Positions 38,440 through 48,800 of a stretch of 64,000 bases of DNA are shown here, piece after piece (position 1 is the stretch's first letter; each line of letters opens with the position of its first letter). Source of the stretch: Bacteroidota bacterium (GTDB lineage Bacteria > Bacteroidota > Bacteroidia > Bacteroidales > FEN-979); the NCBI GenBank assembly GCA_037134895.1, contig JBAXLI010000003.1:43937-107936 (forward strand). The letters run 5' to 3'. The position numbers and the translations under genes were made by a program. Below the pieces are notes generated by a model. The model saw nothing but the letters and a program-made list of their open reading frames with translations. It ran no database searches and was not told the origin of the DNA.

Positions 38440-39216
38440 ATGAAAGTTGTTATTCTTGCAGGCGGACTTGGCACCAGGTTAAGCGAAGAAACTGATCTGA
38501 AGCCGAAACCCATGGTAGAGATTGGTGGAAAACCCATTCTGTGGCATATTATGAAGATATATTCCCATTACGGGTTTAATGATTTTGTAATCTGCTGCGG
38601 ATATAAAGGTTACCTTATTAAAAAATATTTTGCGGATTACTTCCTGAACCAGTCCGACGTTACAATTGATCTCAGTTCGAACAAAATGGAGTTGCTAAAC
38701 CTCCAGACCGAGCCCTGGAAAGTGACCCTTGCCGATACAGGCCTGACAACCATGACCGGGGGGCGTATCAAGCGCATTCAGAAGTATCTCGATAGCAAAA
38801 CATTCATGCTTACATATGGTGATGGCCTCAGCAATGTGAACATTTCCAACTTGCTCGACTTTCATCGAAAAAGCGGAAAACTGGCCACCATTCTCGCCGT
38901 TCAGACGGCTGGAAGATTTGGTGCAATTCAATTGGATGATCATAGCCACCAGGTCCGCAGTTTCAAGGAGAAACCCACAGGAGACGGTGCTTTTATTAAT
39001 GGGGGATTCTTTGTTCTGGAACCGAAAATATTCGACTACATCCAGGGTGGTGACGAAACAACATGGGAAAGAGACCCGCTTGAACACATTGCCCAGGATA
39101 ACCAATTGATAGCCTTTACACATATAGGTTTCTGGAGGCCTATGGATACCTTGCGTGATAAATTCGAACTTGAACAGATGTGGAATTCTGAAAAATGTGA
39201 TTGGAAAGTATGGTAA
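38440..39216 (+). CDS. rfbF: Glucose-1-phosphate cytidylyltransferase (DdhA)
   Basis: MKVVILAGGLGTRLSEET..KPKPMVEIGG, TMTGGRIKR, GFWRPMDTLRD. Confidence 0.95.
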   Translation: MKVVILAGGLGTRLSEETDLKPKPMVEIGGKPILWHIMKIYSHYGFNDFVICCGYKGYLIKKYFADYFLNQSDVTIDLSSNKMELLNLQTEPWKVTLADTGLTTMTGGRIKRIQKYLDSKTFMLTYGDGLSNVNISNLLDFHRKSGKLATILAVQTAGRFGAIQLDDHSHQVRSFKEKPTGDGAFINGGFFVLEPKIFDYIQGGDETTWERDPLEHIAQDNQLIAFTHIGFWRPMDTLRDKFELEQMWNSEKCDWKVW

Positions 39217-39217
39217 T

Positions 39218-40300
39218 ATGGCGCCGAAACGAGAATTTTGGAATGATAAGCGGGTCCTTCTAACAGGACATACAGGATTCAAGGGTTCCTGGCTTTGCCT
39301 GATCTTGCATCAATTGGGAGCCAAAGTACACGGGTTTGCCTTGGATCCACCTACAAATCCCAGTTTATTCGAAGAGGCAAAAATCAATGAACTCCTCACC
39401 TCGACGATTTGTAACATTCGCGATTATGGCGGATTGCTGAATACCTTGGAACAGGCACAGCCTGAGATCGTAATTCATATGGCCGCACAGCCCCTGGTCA
39501 GGGAATCCTATAAGGATCCAATTGGCACCTATTCAACCAATGTCATGGGTACGGTTCACCTGCTTGAAGCCTGCCGGCATACGAATTGCGTCAGATCGAT
39601 CGTCAATGTGACCACTGACAAATGTTATGAAAACAGGGAGTGGCACTGGGGTTACCGTGAAAATGAACCCATGGGCGGTTATGATCCGTATTCTAACAGC
39701 AAAGGTTGTTCTGAGCTCATCACCTCATCCTACCGCTCGTCATTTTTTAATGTAAAGGAATACACCAAACATCGAGTTGCTGTGGCAACCGCAAGGGCAG
39801 GAAATGTCATTGGCGGAGGAGATTGGGCCAATGACCGGCTGATCCCTGATTTCATCAAGGCCATATCAAAAGGAGAAGAGGTTCTCATCCGCAGTCCTTA
39901 CGCAATAAGGCCATGGCAGCATGTATTGGAACCATTGACCGGGTATCTAACACTCGCAGAAAAGTTGTTCAACGAAGGAGCCAGATTTTCTGAAGCCTGG
40001 AATTTCGGTCCCGATGACGTGGACGTCAGAAATGTTGAATGGGTTATAAGAACAATTTGTGAATTATGGGGAAAAGGCGCATCCTACAAGGTCGACACGA
40101 ATCCTCAGCCCCATGAGGCCAACTTTCTCAAACTTGACTGTTCAAAATCCAAAGCAGAATTGAACTGGTTCCCCCGTTGGAATCTCGATACCGCTCTCCT
40201 CAGTATTGTTGAATGGAACAAAGCCTGGCTCGGTGGAAAAAACATGAGAAACGTGACAGAAGAGCAGATCAACAGGTATTATTCAGAAAAAACACCATGA
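39218..40300 (+). CDS. rfbG: CDP-glucose 4,6-dehydratase (DdhB)
   Basis: TGHTGFKGSWL, HMAAQPLVR, TTDKCYEN, DPYSNSK, ARAGNVIGGGDW, RPWQHVLEP. Confidence 0.95.
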   Translation: MAPKREFWNDKRVLLTGHTGFKGSWLCLILHQLGAKVHGFALDPPTNPSLFEEAKINELLTSTICNIRDYGGLLNTLEQAQPEIVIHMAAQPLVRESYKDPIGTYSTNVMGTVHLLEACRHTNCVRSIVNVTTDKCYENREWHWGYRENEPMGGYDPYSNSKGCSELITSSYRSSFFNVKEYTKHRVAVATARAGNVIGGGDWANDRLIPDFIKAISKGEEVLIRSPYAIRPWQHVLEPLTGYLTLAEKLFNEGARFSEAWNFGPDDVDVRNVEWVIRTICELWGKGASYKVDTNPQPHEANFLKLDCSKSKAELNWFPRWNLDTALLSIVEWNKAWLGGKNMRNVTEEQINRYYSEKTP

Positions 40301-41646
40301 TTACCATTTTAGGCGGAGGAATATCAGGTTTAAGTACTTCTTATCATCTGGGCCATGAAAACTGTATAATTTTTGAAAAGAAAAACTATATCGGCGGACA
40401 TGTTTACTCTTATACCAAAGATGGTTTCACCTGGGACGAAGGTCCTCATGTTTCATTTACGAAGCATGAGTATGTAAAGAATCTATTTCAGAAGAGTGTG
40501 AACTCCGAATTCCTTCAGTTTCCGGTAACAATAACCAATTATTATCATGGAAGCTGGATTCCCCACCCTGCCCAGAGCAACCTTTATGCTATTCCACAAC
40601 CCTTAAGAGATCAAGTTCTCGCAGATTTTCTCAGTTCACGCAACAATGCAAAAACCAATCCGGCTGATTTTGAAGAATGGCTCGTTATGGCATTCGGTAA
40701 AACGTTTGCCGAGAATTTTCCCAGAGCCTACACCAAAAAATACTGGACTGATGATCCGAAAAACCTGACCACCGACTGGGTTGGTGACCGGGTATTCTAT
40801 CCTGCCATCGATGATGTGAAAAACGGATATCTGGGTCCACTGAAAAGACAAACCCATTATATAACCGAAGTCAGATATCCCAAAGCAGGAGGATACTTGT
40901 CATTTTCATATGAACTGACCAAGGGAGCAAATATCCATCTCAATAAAAAAGTCACGCTGCTTTCATTTCGGGAGAAAAAAATTCATTTTTCCGACGGGAC
41001 CATCCATGATTTTGACGAGCTGATCTCTACGATTCCCCTGCCTGAACTGATCGAAATCAGCGACGCCCCGGAGGATATTAAAACCACCGCCCGTTCACTC
41101 AACTATTCTTCCCTCTTGTTGGTCAATGTGGTTGCAAATCATATGAGCGTTCAGCCTTACCATTGGCTGTATGTTTATGATCTGGAAAAGTATTCAACCA
41201 GGATCACCTGCACCGAAAGTCTTTCTCCCTTGAATGGCAAGCCGCATCAGACAGGAATCCAGGTAGAAATATATTTTTCTAATTCAAAACAAAAGCTTGA
41301 ATTGGACGAGGTGATCGCCGGGAAAGTTTGCGAGGAACTGGTGGAAATGGGACTCATCCGGGAAAAACACAATATTCTGAATATGCATACCAGATGGGCT
41401 CCCTGGGCCAATGTAATCTTTGATCATTCTCGAAGAAAAAAACAGGAAATGATTTTCAACTGGCTTGAGCAATTTGGACTTTCACGTGAGCAGGATGATC
41501 TGGATCCAATGACCAATTGGGTATCAAAAGCAGATGAACAAGTGAAACTCGGAAAACTGGTATTGGCAGGAAGATTTGCCCAATGGAAATATTTCTGGAG
41601 CGATGATTGTGTGTTAAGAGGAAAAACAATTGCAGAGAAAAAGTAA
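40297..41646 (+). CDS. Flavoprotein, NDP-sugar pyranose-furanose mutase-like (UGM/WbyH-like)
   Basis: ILGGGISGLS, WDEGPHVSF, YTKKYWT, YPKAGG, C-terminal GRFAQWKYFWSD; ATGA overlap with rfbG. Confidence 0.7.
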   Translation: MITILGGGISGLSTSYHLGHENCIIFEKKNYIGGHVYSYTKDGFTWDEGPHVSFTKHEYVKNLFQKSVNSEFLQFPVTITNYYHGSWIPHPAQSNLYAIPQPLRDQVLADFLSSRNNAKTNPADFEEWLVMAFGKTFAENFPRAYTKKYWTDDPKNLTTDWVGDRVFYPAIDDVKNGYLGPLKRQTHYITEVRYPKAGGYLSFSYELTKGANIHLNKKVTLLSFREKKIHFSDGTIHDFDELISTIPLPELIEISDAPEDIKTTARSLNYSSLLLVNVVANHMSVQPYHWLYVYDLEKYSTRITCTESLSPLNGKPHQTGIQVEIYFSNSKQKLELDEVIAGKVCEELVEMGLIREKHNILNMHTRWAPWANVIFDHSRRKKQEMIFNWLEQFGLSREQDDLDPMTNWVSKADEQVKLGKLVLAGRFAQWKYFWSDDCVLRGKTIAEKK

Positions 41647-41656
41647 AACGCTGAAT

Positions 41657-42553
41657 ATGGATCATGAAATTCTGAAACATAAAACCATCCTCATCACCGG
41701 GGCCACCGGGTTCATAGGCAGAAACCTTTTAAAAAAACTGTATGGCCTTGGCTTAAAGGTAATTGCGGTTGTATACAAAGATGATACGACTTCCCTTCCT
41801 ATTGAAGAAATTCATTATGATGGCAGTTATCAGAGCCTCGAAACAGCAGCCACAGATAGCAACATCGATTTTGTTATCCATCTAGCAACCCAGTTTCTTT
41901 CAAACCACAAACCAGAACAGATATCTGCCCTAATTGATGCGAATGTTAAATTCGGAAACCATCTTTTAGAATTTACAAGACAGAAAAAAATTCCTTTTTT
42001 CATAAATACATCAACATATTATGAGTACTACCAGCACGACGGGTACAATCCTCAGAATCTTTATGCTGCGACAAAATATGCGTTCGAAACAATTATGAAA
42101 TATTACGAAGGCGTTACTTCATCCCATTTTGTCACGCTAGAGCTGACCGATACCTACGGGCCGGGTGATCCAAGGCCCAAGTTTATCAATCTCGTGATCG
42201 ATGCCATCCGCAAAAAAGAAATCTTTAAAATGTCACCTGGAGAGCAGGAGATTTGTTATTTATACATTGATGATGCTGTTGATGCATTTATCTTTTGCAT
42301 GTGTTTAATGACAAAAAAAATCATTATCAAAAACAGTCATTTTTCAGTATATGCAGATGAAGTATTCAAGCTAAAAAATTTAGTTCAAATGGTGGCAAAC
42401 CTAATGAATTTTGACCTTGTAACTGAAGCAGGTTTTTATCCTTACAGGGAAAGAGAGATCATGATATTTAAACCAACTTTCTCCAATTTGCCAAACTGGA
42501 AAAGCAAAGTATCAATGAAAGAAGGGCTGAATTTCCTTCTTACAAAACGATAA
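41657..42553 (+). CDS. NAD-dependent extended SDR, probable CDP-4-keto-3,6-dideoxyhexose reductase (Abe/Prt/AscF-like)
   Basis: TGATGFIG, HLAT, YAATK (YxxxK), DTYGPGD, YREREIM; context among ddh genes. Confidence 0.75.
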   Translation: MDHEILKHKTILITGATGFIGRNLLKKLYGLGLKVIAVVYKDDTTSLPIEEIHYDGSYQSLETAATDSNIDFVIHLATQFLSNHKPEQISALIDANVKFGNHLLEFTRQKKIPFFINTSTYYEYYQHDGYNPQNLYAATKYAFETIMKYYEGVTSSHFVTLELTDTYGPGDPRPKFINLVIDAIRKKEIFKMSPGEQEICYLYIDDAVDAFIFCMCLMTKKIIIKNSHFSVYADEVFKLKNLVQMVANLMNFDLVTEAGFYPYREREIMIFKPTFSNLPNWKSKVSMKEGLNFLLTKR

Positions 42554-42727
42554 TCTCCTCGGTCATTTAAAGATTCTGCCTCAATTCTAGATGTTTTTAT
42601 AGAAAAAATTCTTTAGGTAATCAAAATAACCAAGTAATAATCTCGTCCTTATGACTTTACAGAAGATGGAAACAATGCAACTTGGTAAATTATATTAAAT
42701 CGTATTTTTGGATAAAGTTCAAATATA

Positions 42728-42973
42728 ATGGATCAACAAGCTATAATGATTGTTCTAGAGAAGATTTTCGGTGAGGTTATTGATAACAGCAATATTCGAT
42801 TGAACTCAGAAACAGTCGTTTCTGAGTTAGAGGGATGGGATTCTTTTTCACAGATCCGGCTAATCCTTCTTTTAGAAAAATCATTTAACGTTCGATTTAC
42901 GTCTCAGGAGATTCAATCATGGGCTAATGTGGGAGAACTTTGTCTAACAATTCACCTAAAAACCATCTGTTGA
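42728..42973 (+). CDS. Acyl carrier protein
   Basis: GWDSFSQI phosphopantetheine motif, EKSFNVRF, NVGEL; -7 box TATTTTTG at 42703-42710. Confidence 0.85.
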   Translation: MDQQAIMIVLEKIFGEVIDNSNIRLNSETVVSELEGWDSFSQIRLILLLEKSFNVRFTSQEIQSWANVGELCLTIHLKTIC

Positions 42974-44422
42974 ATGTTTTTTAATTCCATTCAGTATATC
43001 CTCTTTCTCCCTATAGTAGTTGTACTATTTTATATTACTCCCTTACGATTCCGTTGGTTACTTCTTCTTTCTACAAGCTACTACTTTTACATGTGCTGGA
43101 TTCCTGAATTAATTATCGTAATTGTTGCTTCCACTCTAGTGAATTATACTTTTGCGATATCAATATCCAAGCAAACCACCCAAAGCAGGAAAAAGCTATT
43201 GTTGATATCAACACTTATACTCAACCTTGGAACGCTGATAGTTTTTAAGTATTTGGGGGTTGTCAGAGAGATCATTCATTCATTATATTCGACGAACAAT
43301 CCAGGTAATTTATCCTCTGCTTTCTTTCTTATTGCTCCAATCGGCATTTCATATTATACCCTTCAATCTTTAAGTTATATTTTGGATGTTTATTATGGGA
43401 AACGTAAAGCGGAGAGGCATCCTGGCATTTTTGCCCTTTATGTTGCCTTTTTCCCCCTTATACTTTCTGGTCCAATTGAGCGCTCAACTCATTTACTACC
43501 ACAGTTTCGCGAAAAAGAACGTATCAAACTTAATTCCACTAATATAGAAGAAGGTATTAAACTTATTATCTTCGGGTATTTCCTTAAGCTAGTTATTGCC
43601 GACCGCACCTCTATTTATGTAGATGCTGTCTTTGGCAACATCCAAAGACATGGTGGAATCACCTTTATTGTGACAATAATACTTTACAGCTTTCAGATCT
43701 ATTCCGATTTTGCAGGATATTCTGCTATCGCTATTGGTTCTGCACGGTTGATGGGATTTGATGTGTATCAGAACTTCAATCGCCCTTATTTCTCCTCTAC
43801 GATTCGCGAATTCTGGACCCGTTGGCATATTTCTCTTTCCATATGGTTGAGGGATTATCTTTTTAACCCCTTAACGTTCTATTTTATGAGAGTTTTTCGG
43901 AAAGAATGCTATTTGAAAATTATCAGCCCAGAACTTCTTACATATGCTTTTTCAGCCTTCATTACATTTGTTATTTGTGGATTATGGCATGGTGCCAGGT
44001 TTACGTTCCTGATATGGGGAAGCCTTCACGGGATTTACCTGATAATAGAAAGAGCAACTAAACGTAAATCAGATAAAACGATACTGAATATAATCATTAC
44101 TTATATAATGATTTTATTTACTTGGATATTTTTCCGTTCTGATAATGTTAATGATGCATTCCTTATAATCCGAACAATTTTCACACACCCTGGTAGCCTT
44201 TATATCCCATTCGATAATGATGTAGTCGCACCGGTATATGCCATTCTTGGGATCCTCATTCTTGTAGTGATGGAGGTGAAAAAAGAATTCTTTAATCAAA
44301 AGTTCTCACTTACAAATAACAAGAATGAATATGTGAGAATGATTAGTTTCGGATTGATGATTTTCTTAATTCTTTACCTAGGGGTTTTTGATGCTAGCCA
44401 GTTCATGTATTTCAAATTCTGA
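42974..44422 (+). CDS. MBOAT O-acyltransferase (AlgI/DltB/PatA-like)
   Basis: PIGISYYTLQ, FFPLILSGPIER, QIYSDFAGYS, NFNRPY, FWTRWHISLS, GLWHGA. Confidence 0.93.
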   Translation: MFFNSIQYILFLPIVVVLFYITPLRFRWLLLLSTSYYFYMCWIPELIIVIVASTLVNYTFAISISKQTTQSRKKLLLISTLILNLGTLIVFKYLGVVREIIHSLYSTNNPGNLSSAFFLIAPIGISYYTLQSLSYILDVYYGKRKAERHPGIFALYVAFFPLILSGPIERSTHLLPQFREKERIKLNSTNIEEGIKLIIFGYFLKLVIADRTSIYVDAVFGNIQRHGGITFIVTIILYSFQIYSDFAGYSAIAIGSARLMGFDVYQNFNRPYFSSTIREFWTRWHISLSIWLRDYLFNPLTFYFMRVFRKECYLKIISPELLTYAFSAFITFVICGLWHGARFTFLIWGSLHGIYLIIERATKRKSDKTILNIIITYIMILFTWIFFRSDNVNDAFLIIRTIFTHPGSLYIPFDNDVVAPVYAILGILILVVMEVKKEFFNQKFSLTNNKNEYVRMISFGLMIFLILYLGVFDASQFMYFKF

Positions 44423-44425
44423 CTT

Positions 44426-45373
44426 ATGATTAATGGGCAATTTATGTCGATGATAACGAAAGGGATAAAGTTTATTATTATTCTTTTTTTGATTGACATG
44501 ACCCTCGGGACAACAGCCAGGTTTATATTTTTTACTCAAAAATCCGGAAAATTTTACCGGATCAGTTATTTATTTAATAAAGCAGATGGAGATGTTTTTA
44601 TTTTTGGAAGCAGCAGATCAAGCCATCATTACAATCCCGGGATCTTAGATAAATGTCTCGCGATAAATTCATTTAACGTAGGAGCTCAGGGCCAACAAAT
44701 TCTTTACCAGTCGACCATACAGAAAATTCTTTTGAAAAATCGTAAGCCAAAATTACTTATCTTAGACATCAACCCAGATTGGTTGTACAAATCTCAGGAT
44801 GCTTATGATAATCTTCGTGAACTCAGGCCCTTCTGGTTTAAATTTCCCGAGGTAATCGGCCCAACGCTTACTTTACAGTCGAAACTGCAAAAAATATGGT
44901 TATTCTCAAGGTCGTATCAGTATAATTCAACCATCGTCCATATTCTCTATTATATGATTAAACCACAAAAAGACCAGAAGGGCTATGTACCACTTTTGCA
45001 TAAAATGAAACCTGATGAATATAGCTTTCAAAGGGGAATTGATTCCATTAAATTTATACACCCCAAAGAACTCGAATTTGATCCAATTTTTGAAAATAGC
45101 TTCAGGAATTTTCTAACGTTAGCAATGTCAAGAAATATTGCAGTTATTATGGTTTGCTCCCCTGATATATTGTATAAAGAAATTGAATATAATCAATCCA
45201 AGGAAAGAATATTGCAGATTAGCAAATCTTATGGGATACCATTCCTGGATTTTTCCGAAGATCCTTATTTCCTTACCCATCATGAATTCTTCAATGACAC
45301 ACATCATCTTAATGACTTAGGGGCCAAAATATTCAGCCGCAGGCTATGCGAAAGACTAAGACCTTATTTGTAA
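44426..45373 (+). CDS. SGNH-like periplasmic acyl-transfer partner (AlgJ/DltD-like)
   Basis: N-terminal TM, FGSSRS Ser block, FNVG, C-terminal FNDTHHLN (DxxH). Confidence 0.7.
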   Translation: MINGQFMSMITKGIKFIIILFLIDMTLGTTARFIFFTQKSGKFYRISYLFNKADGDVFIFGSSRSSHHYNPGILDKCLAINSFNVGAQGQQILYQSTIQKILLKNRKPKLLILDINPDWLYKSQDAYDNLRELRPFWFKFPEVIGPTLTLQSKLQKIWLFSRSYQYNSTIVHILYYMIKPQKDQKGYVPLLHKMKPDEYSFQRGIDSIKFIHPKELEFDPIFENSFRNFLTLAMSRNIAVIMVCSPDILYKEIEYNQSKERILQISKSYGIPFLDFSEDPYFLTHHEFFNDTHHLNDLGAKIFSRRLCERLRPYL

Positions 45374-45778
45374 ATTGTTTTAATTGCTTTTCCCCTTCGG
45401 CCAAGTGAAATATTTTCATCTTTGAATTATTACAAAACAGAAATTGAAACACTGCTCACTTAGTAGATCAAGGCATCGATTACTTCTTTATCTTAATTTG
45501 CTGTTCTTGACTTATACATAACAAATACACGGTCATGATTTCATAAAATGTAAACTTGGGAGAATTATTATTACGGAATCGTTCACAAGAAAATTTGAGT
45601 TCTTTTTAATATGCATCTGAAACGTAAATAAAATTTCGAATAATTTGGGACACTATGCAATAGAGATCATATGCTATTATATTTGGTAAGGCTTATATCA
45701 GAAGATACTGGTCTCTAAGATCGTTATTAACTTCACATCTTCATATTTTACTAATAATCAAACTGTTAACAGTCGAGT

Positions 45779-45810
45779 GTTGTAATTGTTGATTCACAAT
45801 ATTAAATTTG
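45779..45810 (+). promoter_or_regulatory. Candidate sigma-A promoter for the large T9SS gene
   Basis: GTTG (45779-45782), 20-nt spacer, TAAATTTG (45803-45810), upstream of ATG 45831. Confidence 0.45.
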
Positions 45811-45830
45811 AATTCCAAATCAATAGTATT

Positions 45831-48800
45831 ATGAAAAGAAGCCTTTTCTTTTGTGTCTTCCTGGCTTTATTTTCATTATGTAATAGCAGCAAAGCTCAAG
45901 GCGTTGATAGTCTTCAGAACATTCATGTAATTGTCACCTTTGCCTCCCCTCCTGCGGTCTACAATGTCGCAAAGGCTCCGTTGCGTTTCAACAAACTCTT
46001 TGCATTCAGTATGGGCGAAGATGACGGGACAAAGGATATATACACGAATGCGTTTCCCTTATTCAACGGGGGGGTGATTAACGGAGTAGGCTATCCCGGA
46101 CTCAAATACACCGATGGATGCGGAAATGATCAGAATTTCAAATTGAGCGCGGCCATCTTTTCATTGTACGCCCAGGGTTCTATCCTGGTCGATATGCACG
46201 ATCCTTCAGGCCAATATGCCTCTACCATTGTAACATGGCCCCAACTGATTGAACTATACGAGCAGAACTGGAGCATACAGAACCACGGACTGACTTCAGG
46301 CAATGTTGGAACCATGGGCTACCAGGTCGCAAGGAATGGAAGTTATGTGAAACTGATGATGCAGCCGGCCACTGCCGGTGGCCCTGACTTAAAAACTTTT
46401 GTCAATCCAAATGGAATTGAAGCATACTCTTCCTTTGCATGGGCCCAGGGATATACCATCTGCTTCAGGGAAGGATATGCTTTTGGCAATCCAGGATTTA
46501 ACGTCTCCGGCCCATTTCCACACCAGAATATAGGCATGCACCGTGCAAATGGATATGAAGCGGTGAGCCTGAGCGCTATTGCCGATAATCTTGCAAATAC
46601 CAGCGTCGGTGGCGCCCACCAATGGGGAGCAGCTTTTACACATTCAATCACGAACAGCAGTTTCGGATACGCGTTTTCGACATTCCAGAACCAGATGACC
46701 TATATTGCCAATACCTATGGTAAGAACGGTCTCGACAATATCCTGATGACAACCGAAGAAGAGGTCATCGATTACCTTATGGTACGCGATAGCATCAATG
46801 TGAATACCCAGTTGAACGGAAACGTACTGACGATCTCATTTACCGGAAACCTCACCAACAAATACCGCTTTTACAATTCAACCCTTCTTATTTCGGCCAA
46901 CCAGAATATTACATCCATTGCAACCCAGGGAGTGCAGTCAAACTCGTATAACGGAATAGGATCGACAAATGGAATGGTGAACATAAGCTGGAACGGCCAT
47001 TATGTTGTACCTCCCGAAGTCAATGCCGAAGCCTGGGTAAGTAAGACCGAAACCTCCCAGAGCCAGGAGGATGCAAATGTGGCCATGGATTATATTCTGA
47101 TGGTACCCCCAGGACCTGTGCAGAAAGCTTTCAGGATCAGACTTTGCCTCGTACCCGGTCTTACTCTGCCTTCAGATTTCTGCACATACCATAACGCCCC
47201 TGTTACTTCCATTCCTGATAAGGGCGGCTGCCCCGGACATCCCCTTGTAATTCCCCTCGAAGTTGACAGTTTTCTGAATGTCAAATCATTCAATTTGAGA
47301 CTTGAATATAGCCCGGCTGTCATGGCCTTCGTTTCAGGAGCGGCAGGTAAACCTTCAATCCTGAGCGGGATACTGATCACCGACCAGGCTGTTGGAGGGA
47401 TATCGCCCCTGAGAAAGATCCTTATCTCCTGGACAGGCGCAGCCGCACAATCGCTTAACATTCACGACACCCTCGCCCTGCTTACCTTTAACTATTTATC
47501 GGGGAATACCCCACTCACATTCAATACCGCATCAAACGGAGGAGCCGACTGCAGATATAGCGATGACGGAGGAAACCCGATGTATCAGTATCCCATTGGA
47601 GATTATTTTATTGGCTCACAAGTAACCAACTCGAAGCTGGCTGCCCCCGCGACAATAAGCGGGCCATCGCCCCTTTGCGCCGGAACGCCGAATAACACCT
47701 ATATTATTTCGCCGGTTACCGGAGCAACATCATATGCCTGGAATTTTCCTGTCGGATTTACTGTAAACAATGGCAGCGCCAATGATACAGTAGTTGCAAC
47801 TGCAGGTCCAAATGCCGTCACAGGCAACATCACCGTAAGAGCAGTAAACATTTGCATCGACAATCCGCTTTCACCGCCTTTTACAGTTACAGTGAAACCC
47901 AGGCCGGTACCTACTCTGAATGGTGTGGACTCAGCCTGCATGATGGACCAGGGCGTGGTTTACACAACCGAGGCAGGCATGACTGATTATACTTGGTCTG
48001 TTTCATATGGAGGTACCATTACTTCAGGTATGAATACAAATACTGTCGCTGTGACCTGGACGGCCGCTGGTCAACAAACTATCAGTGTGATATACCGGGG
48101 AACCAACGGCTGCCTGGCCCCTCTCCCCACAATCAAGAATGTAACGGTTAATCCTCTTCCGATTCCTGCTATCAGCGGAGCCGATACTCTCTGTCGTAAT
48201 GCCTTATCAACATATACCGCACCATCGGGAATGCAGTCCTACCAATGGCTTTTATCCCCTTCGGGTGTGATATTATCCGGAACGTCCTCATCCGCGGTAA
48301 CAGTAAAATGGAATAATCCCGGTCAGCAATGGATCAGCCTGAACTGTACAAACTCTTCCGGTTGCCAGCCCCCTTCGCCCACAGTTTATAATGTCTTCGT
48401 CCGCCCGGTCGCGCAACCGGTTATTTCCGGTCCCGACAGTTTATGCGCCGAAGTTTCAGACATTGTATATACTACCCAGCCCGGGATGAATGCATATTCC
48501 TGGTCGGTCACAACGGGTGGAACAATCACTTCAGGCTCGGGAACGGCTTCAGCTACTGTACACTGGACAAGCCCGGGAATGCAGCAAATACATGTAAATT
48601 ATATCCTGCCCGGCGGATGTCAATCTCCTGCCCCCTTCATTCTCCCGGTCAGGGTGTTTGCCAGGCCTCAGCCCCATATTATGGGACCTGACAGTTTGTG
48701 CAATGGTTCCACAGGAACTGTTTACAATACCGAAAGCGGAATGAATAATTACCAGTGGACAATCACCCCTGGTGGAACAATTACATCCGGCTCAAGCCTT

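Noticed and set aside
42554-42727. Possible decayed FkbH/ligase remnant upstream of the ACP
   Set aside because: Only a vague resemblance in short stop-interrupted frames; not supportable without a translated search.
45374-45830. Long AT-rich intergenic region as a riboswitch or ncRNA
   Set aside because: No recognisable conserved motif or strong stem seen by eye; only promoter-like boxes. An Rfam/Infernal scan would be needed.
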